Shown here in pieces: positions 16,592 through 25,542 of a stretch of DNA of 28,542 nt. Source of the DNA: a phage. Every line of letters begins with the position of its first letter. Within the stretch, counting starts at the first letter, position 1. The stretch lies in assembly GCA_012646845.1 (NCBI GenBank), contig GCA_012646845.1_4707.3. One strand, 5' to 3'. Both the position numbers and the translations under genes were made by a program. The notes beneath the pieces were generated by a model. It was given only the letters and a program-made list of their open reading frames with translations, searched no databases and was not told where the DNA came from.

Positions 16592-18082
16592 TTATTTTTT
16601 GCTTGGACGATTTAATGCAGGTACCGGGTTCTTTGGTTGCTTTGTCTTTTCATCCATCCAGTACGGGAAGTACTCACCGGTACGCATACGCAATAAGTCC
16701 ATTGTGGACAAGAACGGTAGCGGGTTAGGATCATCCAGATATGTCCAGTAACCGCGTGTGTTTAACAACACATCCCAATCGAACCCTTTTGCTTTAAGAT
16801 CGTCGTACAGTTCCTGCGGGGTGCAATACAATTGCGGATTTTCGTAAACCTCTTGACGCCAGAGATTATGCATCTGACATAGCTCCGACGTAATTTCCAG
16901 AGCACGCTGTAAATACTCATCTTCTTCGCAGAGAGAACGAATGGTCGTGCGCTGCAACGCAACATCCGGATAAATATCCAAATACACCGTTGAAGCACCA
17001 TCAGCTGACTTACCACCTGACGCATGCATACCCCAACCACGCATCCAATCTTTATCACGCAGGTAGTGGTATTCCGTTAATGATGGTTTAACCCCTTCGC
17101 TCTGACTAACCACAATCGGGAACGGTAAGCCAGTGGGTCCGTTTTTAGCACGCATGTTGAAGACTTGGATCATCTGTAGATCGGTATCACCAATAAGGTT
17201 ATCACCAGGCCCACGCGGATAAAGAACGCGTTTATCGGCGTTCTGAAGGATCGTCAGTTTATCGATTTTCCAGAGGTTGTTCGTATAAAACGTGAAGCGT
17301 TCCGGGACGTTCTTAAACTTCTCATCGCCCTTAAACCCTTTCAGTTTTCGTACCGGCTGCTGTCCCGGCATACCACCAACGTTTACGCCATCGCCGAGGT
17401 GGGCGGTCATGGTAATGTAGATACCTGCTGACGCTGTGAGTACCGGCATCTGTGATAGAATCTGGCTTTTCGCTGCTGCCGAACGCATCGCTTCAGCATT
17501 CAGTTTTGCACCACCCGCGGTTTCTTTATCAAACAGTGCGTCAACGGCATCGATTGGTAATCCAGAGAAACTGTCGATGAGTACAACGGTTGGTAACCAC
17601 CAGGTATAGTTCTCGCCATGTTTATTAATGAACGGAACGGCTTTGCGTTGGGATTTATCTTTGACCTTGTCGTCACGGAATTTCTTAATCGCATCAAACC
17701 AAATGTTACCACTCATCTGAACAGCATCGGTGATAAACACACGTTCTTCTTCGAAAAGATCGACACCCGCGATATTAGACATGTTCATCGCAAGCGTTAA
17801 GATACGCGTTGTCGTTAACGACATTTCTGTATCGTAAACGCTACTGTTGCTGTTCGCGTAACGATCGATAACACGTAACAAGCGAAACATTATGAACGTG
17901 GTTTTGTTCATGTTGCCGCGAGCGCCTGCGCCCTCAACAAGCATCATACCGCCGTTACAAATGCTTTCACCATGTTTACCGACATAGTACCGACCGCCAG
18001 ATGTGGGAATATCCATTAAGCAGCCAATGTTGAGATTAAAACGCATCTCTTCACCGGGAGAAAGGTACTTATTAAGATTCAT
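16592..18082 (-). CDS. Divergent RecA/UvsX-like protein (496 aa) with non-canonical P-loop; assignment tentative
   Basis: Motif-level resemblance to the RecA core: hhhhDS Walker-B-like VVLIDSFSGLP, followed by ...AEAMRSAAAKSQILSQ... and ITMTAHLGDG (compare RecA VVVDSVAAL...MRKLAGNL...IFINQIR). The expected Walker A region reads EGAGARGNMNKTTF, which is not G-x4-GK[ST]. ATG at 18082 with AAGGAG upstream. Confidence 0.45.
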   Translation of the reverse strand: MNLNKYLSPGEEMRFNLNIGCLMDIPTSGGRYYVGKHGESICNGGMMLVEGAGARGNMNKTTFIMFRLLRVIDRYANSNSSVYDTEMSLTTTRILTLAMNMSNIAGVDLFEEERVFITDAVQMSGNIWFDAIKKFRDDKVKDKSQRKAVPFINKHGENYTWWLPTVVLIDSFSGLPIDAVDALFDKETAGGAKLNAEAMRSAAAKSQILSQMPVLTASAGIYITMTAHLGDGVNVGGMPGQQPVRKLKGFKGDEKFKNVPERFTFYTNNLWKIDKLTILQNADKRVLYPRGPGDNLIGDTDLQMIQVFNMRAKNGPTGLPFPIVVSQSEGVKPSLTEYHYLRDKDWMRGWGMHASGGKSADGASTVYLDIYPDVALQRTTIRSLCEEDEYLQRALEITSELCQMHNLWRQEVYENPQLYCTPQELYDDLKAKGFDWDVLLNTRGYWTYLDDPNPLPFLSTMDLLRMRTGEYFPYWMDEKTKQPKNPVPALNRPSKK

Positions 18083-18180
18083 TGGGTAAAAACTCCTTCG
18101 ATTCTTCGACTAATTCTTAGTGTTCAGAGAATAACTATTTTTAGTTAAGACTGACAACCACTATTTCCACGAGGACCATC
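18083..18180. promoter_or_regulatory. Divergent intergenic region (probable promoters for both flanking genes)
   Basis: 98-bp AT-rich non-coding gap between divergent starts at 18082 (-) and 18181 (+). Promoter consensus cannot be assigned by eye. Confidence 0.3.
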
Positions 18181-19023
18181 ATGCATAAATTTACCATTCC
18201 TGAAGACCCGATTACACTGCAGACCCTTTGGGATTCACATCGTGCTCTATCAATGGAAGGCTTTGCACAAGACTTCGCTTCACTTACCGCGGTAACGAAT
18301 CTTCGTAGTATGTTTACTAACGGTAAGAAGTTCGTTACCGACTGGCTTAAGAAACGTGATGTGACGGTTTATCCTAAAGTCTTCGATGACCTCGATACCA
18401 TCTTTAGCAACAACGCTTACAGCGATCTCATTGGGTATCGTGCTTTTATTCCGAATGGTTTAAATGCACCGATGTCAGATTATGTTGTTGCTCTAACCCA
18501 GAGCCTGGATAGCGTAATTGGCACCATCCTACCCGATTTAGATAAGTTGACCGTAACGTGCGCTAAAGCCGTCAATGACGTCAACTTCCGTCGTAGTAGT
18601 GGTATGGCTCAAACACTACCTAAAAACGACCCAGAGAACGTTTTAGAGACGTTACGTGCGATGTTCAAACGTGGGACGGTAACACAGACCACTGTAGGTC
18701 GTGCATATAAGAACGAAGACGATATCCGTCAGATCGGAAAAGATCTGGATACTTCCCGCATCCGTGCGCTCGACGTTAATCCTAAAGACGTGAAGAAAGC
18801 AATCGAACGTTTCATGGAAGTGGCTGACCGCTTAACCGAAATCCTGGTTCAAGACTACAACGAAGGTGCGGTGAGCAACGCGATGATTCGCGATATTAGT
18901 GACGCTATCTACCAAACAGCCAAGCAGGCTGAACTGTATGCGTTTCTCGTGAACGCTTTGGCTGAGGCGATCACTGCATATAACGACACTTGGGACGCTG
19001 TTAAAAAGAACGCGAAAAAATAA
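18181..19023 (+). CDS. Hypothetical protein (280 aa)
   Basis: ATG at 18181 with GAGGA SD 5 nt upstream. Followed by a bidirectional hairpin. Confidence 0.75.
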   Translation: MHKFTIPEDPITLQTLWDSHRALSMEGFAQDFASLTAVTNLRSMFTNGKKFVTDWLKKRDVTVYPKVFDDLDTIFSNNAYSDLIGYRAFIPNGLNAPMSDYVVALTQSLDSVIGTILPDLDKLTVTCAKAVNDVNFRRSSGMAQTLPKNDPENVLETLRAMFKRGTVTQTTVGRAYKNEDDIRQIGKDLDTSRIRALDVNPKDVKKAIERFMEVADRLTEILVQDYNEGAVSNAMIRDISDAIYQTAKQAELYAFLVNALAEAITAYNDTWDAVKKNAKK

Positions 19024-19032
19024 CATAATAAC

Positions 19033-19067
19033 CCACCCTACTACCCTGTTAAGGGCGGTAGGGTGGG
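19033..19067. terminator. Bidirectional two-tier hairpin terminator between convergent genes
   Basis: CCCACCCTAC-ta-CCCT-gtta-AGGG-cg-GTAGGGTGGG, flanked by T-rich sequence on both strands. Confidence 0.55.
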
Positions 19068-19074
19068 GTAAGGT

Positions 19075-19506
19075 TTATTTGCCGTATAGTTGTACCACTC
19101 GTTGTGTCGTAGGAACGCAGACTCTTACCAGAAGCTTTTTAATCTCCTGACGAATCGTTGCCTTATCATCATAATAAAGCCATGGTGGAACGCGTTGCAT
19201 TATGCACTGCACGGCTTCATCGTAGTTTGTCGTCCCATTAAGTAACGTCTCACTATCCAGATCTTTCCATGCAGTAATACCAAGTCGCGCAGCAAACATC
19301 AACGCTGAAACCGACTCAGCTATCTCCAATCGCTCATTCATATCCGCAAGACCTTTTAGCATGACGTAATTATCGTCATGCTGGTGCAGGGTACCAAACA
19401 AACTTCCGAAGAGAAGTATACGTTTAGCTTTTGCGGTTAAGAGGAACGACAGGAGAGCGTGTTTCAACGGTTGTTTCTCACGTTCTACCTGTTCGACCAT
19501 CACCAT
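19075..19506 (-). CDS. Hypothetical protein (143 aa)
   Basis: ATG at 19504-19506 lies 3 nt downstream of the RNase H gene stop (coupled). Confidence 0.65.
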   Translation of the reverse strand: MVMVEQVEREKQPLKHALLSFLLTAKAKRILLFGSLFGTLHQHDDNYVMLKGLADMNERLEIAESVSALMFAARLGITAWKDLDSETLLNGTTNYDEAVQCIMQRVPPWLYYDDKATIRQEIKKLLVRVCVPTTQRVVQLYGK

Positions 19507-19509
19507 TGA

Positions 19510-21036
19510 TTACTCCAACACATAACGTGGGTTACTGTATATGTTAGCCCATATACCAACGTCGTCCCCCGACTCAATAATCACGGCGAAACGAAACGCA
19601 ACATCGGACTCGCGATATGTTACCGCGTACGCTTTCGTTTCCGGCGATGCTAAATAGCTCAAGTTCAGACGTTGAGGCAGGTCTAACCCCAAGGACATGG
19701 TACAAGACGTAACACCCTGCTTATCGGGGGTCAGTCTGTAATTCACATCCACTTTCAGGCTTTTCGTAACCTGCGTAATCGCACTATGCACTTTGGTAAC
19801 CGTTTTGCCTTTCTTATCCTTTTCTGTTTCGAAAAGAACGTCGGTGATTTCGGTTACGACCAGACGCGGTGTGGATTCGCGGTTAGCGTCAAGCCATTCA
19901 TCCAGTAACGTCTTTAAGAAGTTCAAGGAATCAATCGCACGCCAAGCAAGGTTAGGCGGATTGCATGCTTCCATTAAAATGGCTGTGTTCGATCCACCTA
20001 GCGGAAGATGCACGCTCTTACCGAGGCCTGTCGGACGCATCGTAAGATCGCACTCACCCTCAAGAATATCGCGATGATGTTGACGATGATGAAGGTTATC
20101 CGTGTATGCAATATACACTGACTCCGTTGTCCCATGCTCTAATACCCGAGATGCATGCGTACGCATAATCTCAATAGCATCATCCGGCTTGCTTAAATAG
20201 ATAACACTATACGCGCTATCACTAATCCTTTTCCCTAACTCAAGACGTCCCTTGTTGTCTTTATCGGTGTTACCACCGAAATAGATGTAGCGGCCATCTT
20301 TCGCACGCTCTTGCTGCTGATTGGTGGTAAAGTAGCAGCGTGAGAACGTAAAGAACGGACTTATTTCCGGTTCGGGACTCCAATACCCCTTAGCCGGAAG
20401 TTCGCGACGTATTTGGGTTCTTACAGCCCAGTCCTGGTTTTGTGATAGATATGTTCCACGCGTTGCCAACATATCCGCACGTTCGTTACCAACATTGCCC
20501 TCATGTCCAGGAACGTAGCGCAGCGAAATATCGATAGCGTCGCGCTTCGCATCCCTTATCGCACTATCGAGTTTCCGCCACCGTTCCGCATTCATTAACG
20601 GTTTATTGTCGGATTTAACCCAGTTGTTCTCTCGCCAGTTAGCAAGATGGTTGGTGGCACCTACAACAACATATTGGCTGTCCGACAACAGCTGGATCCG
20701 TTTTGCCCCCTTTGCTTTTCCAAGTTCAATCGCACGTATTGCAGCATCCAACTCAGCCTGATTGTTCGTTACGTTGAAACCCAAAGCCTCTAACTCATCC
20801 ACGTATTCCTTGGGTTCGACCAGCACGGCGTCTTTAGGAAAGTTGAGTTTAGGGTCAACATAACCGTATTGTGTTGGTTTGGGCTTTCCACTTTTTGAAG
20901 GTTCCAAGGTGCCTTTTATTTCTTTCACCATATCGTAGGTGTAGCCATGCACGCCATAGCCACCGTACCCACTCGATGTTGGACGGGATCCTCCATCACA
21001 GTAGAAAACGGCACCAAGCTCAGTATTTCCTGCCAT
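19510..21036 (-). CDS. RNase HI domain protein fused to a ~310-aa C-terminal domain of unknown function
   Basis: N-terminal ~190 aa carry RNase HI signatures: AVFYCDGGS...GYGGYG (compare FTDGSC..GPGGYG), TNNQAELDAAIRAIE, LLSDSQYVV, NW.ENNW, VPGHEGNVGNERADMLA (compare VKGHAGHPENERCDELA). Start is ambiguous between ATG 21048 and ATG 21036; the latter has GAGG about 6 nt upstream. Confidence 0.8.
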   Translation of the reverse strand: MAGNTELGAVFYCDGGSRPTSSGYGGYGVHGYTYDMVKEIKGTLEPSKSGKPKPTQYGYVDPKLNFPKDAVLVEPKEYVDELEALGFNVTNNQAELDAAIRAIELGKAKGAKRIQLLSDSQYVVVGATNHLANWRENNWVKSDNKPLMNAERWRKLDSAIRDAKRDAIDISLRYVPGHEGNVGNERADMLATRGTYLSQNQDWAVRTQIRRELPAKGYWSPEPEISPFFTFSRCYFTTNQQQERAKDGRYIYFGGNTDKDNKGRLELGKRISDSAYSVIYLSKPDDAIEIMRTHASRVLEHGTTESVYIAYTDNLHHRQHHRDILEGECDLTMRPTGLGKSVHLPLGGSNTAILMEACNPPNLAWRAIDSLNFLKTLLDEWLDANRESTPRLVVTEITDVLFETEKDKKGKTVTKVHSAITQVTKSLKVDVNYRLTPDKQGVTSCTMSLGLDLPQRLNLSYLASPETKAYAVTYRESDVAFRFAVIIESGDDVGIWANIYSNPRYVLE

Positions 21037-21086
21037 TGTAAACCTCATTAATCATTGTCCGTATGATAGCCCAAAGTTGTACGGTA

Positions 21087-21638
21087 TTACCGATTACCGT
21101 CAGTTGACGTTGGTTGATTGCGATCGATTTTCATTGACCGTAATTTTCCACCATTAGTTACACACTGATTGCGCTGTTCGACGGAGGCCAGACTGTTACA
21201 GACATAATAAGTATCGATAAAACGCTCAACGCGTTCTTGAAACTTCCTCCCGGCAACTTGTTCTTTTTCAAAAGTTCGTAATGCACGATCGACCTCACCT
21301 TGGAGAATCCGGTTCTGTTCAACCATACTGTCGATTAAACGGCCTCGCACTTCGTTCGATGTGTAGAGTTGATGAATCAGTTCTCGGTTGGTGTCTCGCG
21401 CATAGCGCAATGTTGTATTTTCCTGACGTAAACTATTCGCCTCAGCCATCAAGGTAAAGATTTTTTCGCCAGCAAATAACGTCACGATACCCAACACGAT
21501 GAAAAAACCCGTAATCAAGAATATCGAGGACTGTCGAGCTCCATCTCGACGATAGCGTGTGGGTGGTCGCTTACTTCGCCGAAACAACTCGCGAAGAAAA
21601 GGGAAAAGCCAGGGCAACGCCTTGAGTGTAGTAAACAT
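21087..21638 (-). CDS. Membrane protein with N-terminal TM helix and long predicted coiled coil (i-spanin-like architecture)
   Basis: ORF track extends to 21929 and would overlap the divergent gene. I prefer the ATG at 21636-21638 (MFTTLKALPW...) with AAGGA SD. Hydrophobic segment IFLITGFFIVLGIVTLFAG is followed by heptad-like charged helical sequence. Confidence 0.5.
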   Translation of the reverse strand: MFTTLKALPWLFPFLRELFRRSKRPPTRYRRDGARQSSIFLITGFFIVLGIVTLFAGEKIFTLMAEANSLRQENTTLRYARDTNRELIHQLYTSNEVRGRLIDSMVEQNRILQGEVDRALRTFEKEQVAGRKFQERVERFIDTYYVCNSLASVEQRNQCVTNGGKLRSMKIDRNQPTSTDGNR

Positions 21639-21692
21639 GCGTGTGTCCTTGATAGTATGAAATTTCCAATACAACTTAACCGAGGACGTCGA
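21639..21692. promoter_or_regulatory. Divergent intergenic region
   Basis: 54-bp gap between divergent starts at 21638 (-) and 21693 (+), containing both ribosome-binding sites. Confidence 0.3.
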
Positions 21693-23033
21693 ATGATTAG
21701 TATTTTTGGTTTTTATACGTACAAAGGGTACGCTAATAACCACCCAAAAACCACGGCGAAATTCGGTGAGTTCAGCCAGCATAGTGCTACGTTCAGTCGC
21801 GAGATCGGCATCTATACCAACACGGCGTACGCACGTACGACCCTGCTGGTATTGAATGCAGAAAACGAAGCTGGTGAAGCACAAACGCTGGATGACAACA
21901 CCGCAAATCAGATTCTTCAGGTTGGTCAATGGTTGCTGGAAAAAGCCTCATCGGGCGAAATCCAGGATGACAGAGACCAGGTTATCAGCTACCTAAAAGA
22001 CGACTTCACAACGTATTTGGATTCTATCGACATCCCGACACCCACCACCGATGGGAACGTCTATCTACCGGCGTGGATCAGTTTCAAGATAACCGCCACG
22101 GGTGATGTTGTCAAGATATGGCTGTCTGATAGCGTATTCCAAAGTCAATATCCAAAATACGAATACGAAGTCGTTCCTCCCGTTCCTAAGGACCAGTTAG
22201 ACACCTTCTTCGAAGATCTGGCAACGTTGAAGAAACTGGTTGACAGTCGAAGCAGCGAGAAACTGACCGAAGAAATCAACGAGGTGCGCGACCAATTCCC
22301 AGACACACAATTGTGGACGAAAACCTATAAAGCGTACGATTACACCGACGATTCGAAGTACATTGATACCGATTGGACGGTGATTATCTACGGTGCAGCA
22401 GGTAACAATATTGATAATATCAAGGAGTTCCTGCAAAACTGGATTCTTAGCAATAGCACGCATGGACGCCCAGACTGGGAAATCGTTCTGCCGGATCTTT
22501 TTATTCCGACGGAACACATCTTCATCCCGATCTGGAACCGCCACAGCGCTCCGGAGATGACCAATCAGGCACGTATCTATAGTCCCATCTTCGATGATTC
22601 GTTGATGGATACCTACCTGAAAAACTTTGCTGATGGTTACGGTGAAACCGCCGAAGTCCGTAAATCGCTTCAAGCGGTGCCGACGCTGTGGCGTTCGATC
22701 GGTTTCTTAAGTGTTGGTAACTCACGTAACCGTGATGGTAAACTTAAGTTCTACGATCGTTGGCCGCAATACGCACTCATCAGCACAACCAGCATTGATA
22801 TTAACCGTATCGATGACGCGACACGCGAATTTATCACCTTCACTTACGAAATGCTGAAACTGGCGGAATCGCTCACCGAAGACGATCCGGTACCGTTGGG
22901 TTATAGTCGTGTTACGCGTGGTAGCAATAACTTCTTAGCGAAAAGCCACAACGATGTTCAGTATCTCTTCTTAACAAAAGAAGCGTTCCTGAAGAAAATG
23001 CCGGATGAAGCCGACACACCTGTTGGAGGTTGA
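21693..23033 (+). CDS. Hypothetical protein (446 aa)
   Basis: Track start is ATG 21657. I prefer ATG 21693 (MISIFGFY...), which has GAGGA 6 nt upstream. No recognisable motif. Confidence 0.75.
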   Translation: MISIFGFYTYKGYANNHPKTTAKFGEFSQHSATFSREIGIYTNTAYARTTLLVLNAENEAGEAQTLDDNTANQILQVGQWLLEKASSGEIQDDRDQVISYLKDDFTTYLDSIDIPTPTTDGNVYLPAWISFKITATGDVVKIWLSDSVFQSQYPKYEYEVVPPVPKDQLDTFFEDLATLKKLVDSRSSEKLTEEINEVRDQFPDTQLWTKTYKAYDYTDDSKYIDTDWTVIIYGAAGNNIDNIKEFLQNWILSNSTHGRPDWEIVLPDLFIPTEHIFIPIWNRHSAPEMTNQARIYSPIFDDSLMDTYLKNFADGYGETAEVRKSLQAVPTLWRSIGFLSVGNSRNRDGKLKFYDRWPQYALISTTSIDINRIDDATREFITFTYEMLKLAESLTEDDPVPLGYSRVTRGSNNFLAKSHNDVQYLFLTKEAFLKKMPDEADTPVGG

Positions 23034-23035
23034 TT

Positions 23036-23662
23036 ATGGCTGTAACACGCATGACGCCAAGTCCCGGTGCGGTCGGGGTATTCACAGTATCAGCGCCGTT
23101 CACCGTTGGTGCGTCAACGCTTTATACCGTTACAGCGTTGCGTAGATTCAGTGAAGTTATTGGTAGCGGAATCGATCTATTTAAGGAACTGTACGAACCG
23201 TTATCGATAGACAAATCCACATTCGATGCGCATCTCGAAGCGAATGCATATCTCGTTACGCTGCAACCGGATTACGGTGCGCCCGTACTGGTACCTGATA
23301 CGTATATCACGTCGTACCCAAAGAACGATTCATTGCGGTATCGTCGCATTATTCTGGGTATCGATTTCGGGCCTCTTCCTCCAGGTCTTGACCTTTCGTA
23401 TTTAACAACGATATTGAAAGGTAAGGCCAGTGATATTCTTGGTGTCGAACCTGAAGTTAAAATAATGGAAATCACTCTCGATGATACCGTTACTCAGGAA
23501 CAACATCAGATAAACGAAGCCCGTCGTCAGGCTGCGATAAAAGAGCGAGATACCATTTACGCACGCTGTGAAACGCAAGAGAAGCAGATAACGGCTTTAC
23601 TTGCAACCCAAAAGCAACTTATCAAATTGCTTCAGGACGCCGGAATCAATCCGACACCTTAA
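23036..23662 (+). CDS. Hypothetical protein (208 aa) with C-terminal coiled-coil-like region
   Basis: ATG at 23036-23038 with GGAGG 6 nt upstream, 2 nt after the upstream gene's stop. Track uses TTG 23030. Confidence 0.7.
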   Translation: MAVTRMTPSPGAVGVFTVSAPFTVGASTLYTVTALRRFSEVIGSGIDLFKELYEPLSIDKSTFDAHLEANAYLVTLQPDYGAPVLVPDTYITSYPKNDSLRYRRIILGIDFGPLPPGLDLSYLTTILKGKASDILGVEPEVKIMEITLDDTVTQEQHQINEARRQAAIKERDTIYARCETQEKQITALLATQKQLIKLLQDAGINPTP

Positions 23663-23668
23663 CATATT

Positions 23669-23700
23669 CCCTCCTCCTTCCCTCACGGGTTGGAGGAGGG
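23669..23700. terminator. Two-tier hairpin (conserved core, copy 2)
   Basis: CCCTCCTCC-TT-CCC-TCAC-GGG-TT-GGAGGAGGG, 7 nt after the TAA stop at 23662. Confidence 0.5.
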
Positions 23701-23714
23701 TTATGCTGTCAAGC

Positions 23715-23763
23715 AAAAAAAAAAAATGATAGTCACGGACCCTCCAATGAAGGAGGGTCGTGA
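23715..23763 (-). terminator. Intrinsic terminator for the convergent minus-strand gene
   Basis: Hairpin GTCACGGACCCTCC-aatgaa-GGAGGGTCGTGAC (23733-23763), followed on the minus strand by a 12-nt U tract (plus-strand A12 at 23715-23726). Confidence 0.65.
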
Positions 23764-23772
23764 CCGTCAGTT

Positions 23773-24474
23773 TTAGGATGTAGATAATCTCGCGTACTTC
23801 TGGCGAACATGGTTCTTACGGCGAACTTCGTCATCCTCGTCACGCCATTCGAGGTAAGCAACGAATCGACGTAACTGTGCTGCTGTCATCGTTGACGATC
23901 GGTCTTCTACATCTAGAACGACGTAACGAACGCCACCAACATCATCGCAATCAACGTAATTGAATACCATAAGACCATCACTGTATTCAACGACGGTAAC
24001 TTCGAACCGTTTCTCGAACAAATAAAACAGTTCCGATTCGATGATCATCGGAATGACGCATATATCAGCACGATCGAGGATTTCCATCATCACCCGTAAC
24101 GCGCGAGGAGTATGGCGAGCGAACTGACCGTTAAAACGTTGTCTCATTGCTTGTTCCACGCCATCTGTTTTTGTTCCAAACCAAGGACGTATTACAGATT
24201 TCGGTGGTGTGAGACGAAAGCGATATGCCTGTATAAACAACAGAATATCAGCGACGTTAGGAAATTCTTCCTGGTCTTCGTATATCTTGCGGATAATATC
24301 CGGAATCGTAACCATCAAGTATTTCTTATCGCCTCCCACTTTCTCGAGATTAGCAATATGCCCTTCTACTACTGGCTGGTAAACGAAATTATACCAATGA
24401 CGGTATCTTGCGGCACGCTGGTAGTTCGGGATAAAATTAAGAACAACATTCACTGCACGTTTTAACGGGTTCAT
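23773..24474 (-). CDS. Hypothetical protein (233 aa)
   Basis: ATG at 24472-24474 with AAGGA SD. Track uses TTG 24477. Confidence 0.7.
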   Translation of the reverse strand: MNPLKRAVNVVLNFIPNYQRAARYRHWYNFVYQPVVEGHIANLEKVGGDKKYLMVTIPDIIRKIYEDQEEFPNVADILLFIQAYRFRLTPPKSVIRPWFGTKTDGVEQAMRQRFNGQFARHTPRALRVMMEILDRADICVIPMIIESELFYLFEKRFEVTVVEYSDGLMVFNYVDCDDVGGVRYVVLDVEDRSSTMTAAQLRRFVAYLEWRDEDDEVRRKNHVRQKYARLSTS

Positions 24475-24488
24475 CAAAAGGTTCCTTC

Positions 24489-24902
24489 TTATGTTTTAAT
24501 ATGCACATCGTCAATCCCCTCGGTAATCCAGCCGATGGGAAGGACAATCGTTGTTATCGTGTTATGGGTGTAGGGATTAAGAAAATGGAAATAGTAATTT
24601 TTGTTAGACTGTTCGATGCGTAGCTCGAGCTGCGCGTCTTCAGGTAACCGCAACCAAGCACCGTACAGTTCATTAAACTTACGCTGAATTTTACCCGGGT
24701 TCATTGGAACCCTACGACCACGATGGCGTAACTGACGTAATGATTCAATCAAACACTCAGAGATACCCATTACCGTTCCGTTATCGCTTGTATCAATAAC
24801 GATGAACTCATGTGACCCGCGGCCATGATAGAATCCAGCAACAAGCGCAACGGCGACAACGACAACCGTACCGATACCTACGTACCAATAGTAAACGTCC
24901 AT
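24489..24902 (-). CDS. Small membrane protein (137 aa), N-terminal TM helix
   Basis: ATG at 24900-24902 (MDVYYWYVGIGTVVVVAVALVAGFY...) with GAGG SD. Track uses TTG 24923. Confidence 0.6.
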   Translation of the reverse strand: MDVYYWYVGIGTVVVVAVALVAGFYHGRGSHEFIVIDTSDNGTVMGISECLIESLRQLRHRGRRVPMNPGKIQRKFNELYGAWLRLPEDAQLELRIEQSNKNYYFHFLNPYTHNTITTIVLPIGWITEGIDDVHIKT

Positions 24903-24913
24903 AACAGCCTCAC

Positions 24914-25441
24914 TTATACCCAATAGTCGGCGAGCGGTTTCACCTTATTAATGGGTAACTGTACCTTACCGATGTTCTCTACATCCGCATCAGCGTAGAG
25001 AACGATTTTATCGTCGTCTCTTTCCCAACGAATAATAAATCGACCAGGAAGAAGATTACCCTGTTCAAGAGATGCTGTAACCTGTTGTGTTAAAACAGAC
25101 AACCAAGCAGGCATCAGTGTTGCAATATCTAAGTCGTTTGACCACTCAGCACGTTGCTCCACCGGGCGTAACATACGTTCGACGGTGCGTTGAACCGTTG
25201 CGGTGATATAGCCTTTATCTTCGTCACTGATTGGATCAGGGCGAGACACGAAACGTTCAGCAGGTTTACGGGAAATATGCTCATGTAAATCGATGAGTGG
25301 TGTTGTCATAGTACTCGCTCCATCAGAATGTAATTGGGTAACCCGTAGGGTTGTCTGCATGCTATTCAGAAGCGCAAAAGCGCCATAAACAACAACGATA
25401 CCAAGTATAGCCAAAACAGAAATCATTAACGTGTATTGCAT
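24914..25441 (-). CDS. Small membrane protein (175 aa), N-terminal TM helix
   Basis: ATG at 25439-25441 (MQYTLMISVLAILGIVVVYGAFALL...) with AGGGGAG 6 nt upstream. Track uses TTG 25489. Confidence 0.6.
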   Translation of the reverse strand: MQYTLMISVLAILGIVVVYGAFALLNSMQTTLRVTQLHSDGASTMTTPLIDLHEHISRKPAERFVSRPDPISDEDKGYITATVQRTVERMLRPVEQRAEWSNDLDIATLMPAWLSVLTQQVTASLEQGNLLPGRFIIRWERDDDKIVLYADADVENIGKVQLPINKVKPLADYWV

Positions 25442-25479
25442 TGTCATCTCCCCTACATACGCATCTTGAAGATCGGTTA

Positions 25480-25536
25480 AAAACAACAAAAGAAAAAACG
25501 ATATAAAGCAAGGTCCTCTGATATCAGAGGACCTTG
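25480..25536 (-). terminator. Intrinsic terminator between minus-strand genes
   Basis: 28-nt perfect palindrome CAAGGTCCTCTGATATCAGAGGACCTTG (25509-25536), preceded on the plus strand by an A-rich run that gives a U tract on the minus-strand transcript. Confidence 0.55.
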
Positions 25537-25542
25537 GATCAA

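Noticed and set aside
16592-18082. Alternative readings of the 496-aa protein as a terminase large subunit or DnaB-like helicase.
   Set aside because: No canonical Walker A, and no recognisable terminase nuclease or helicase motifs. The Walker-B-like and downstream segments fit a RecA-type core better, though this remains tentative.
21639-21929. N-terminal extension of the 280-aa ORF (track start 21929), which would overlap the divergent plus-strand gene.
   Set aside because: The extension has no SD and overlaps the neighbouring gene's start region. The internal ATG at 21638 has an AAGGA SD and leaves a clean intergenic gap.
23715-23726. A12 homopolymer, considered as a slippage or phase-variation tract.
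   Set aside because: It is intergenic and sits directly 3' of a strong hairpin on the minus-strand transcript, so it is better explained as the U tract of an intrinsic terminator.
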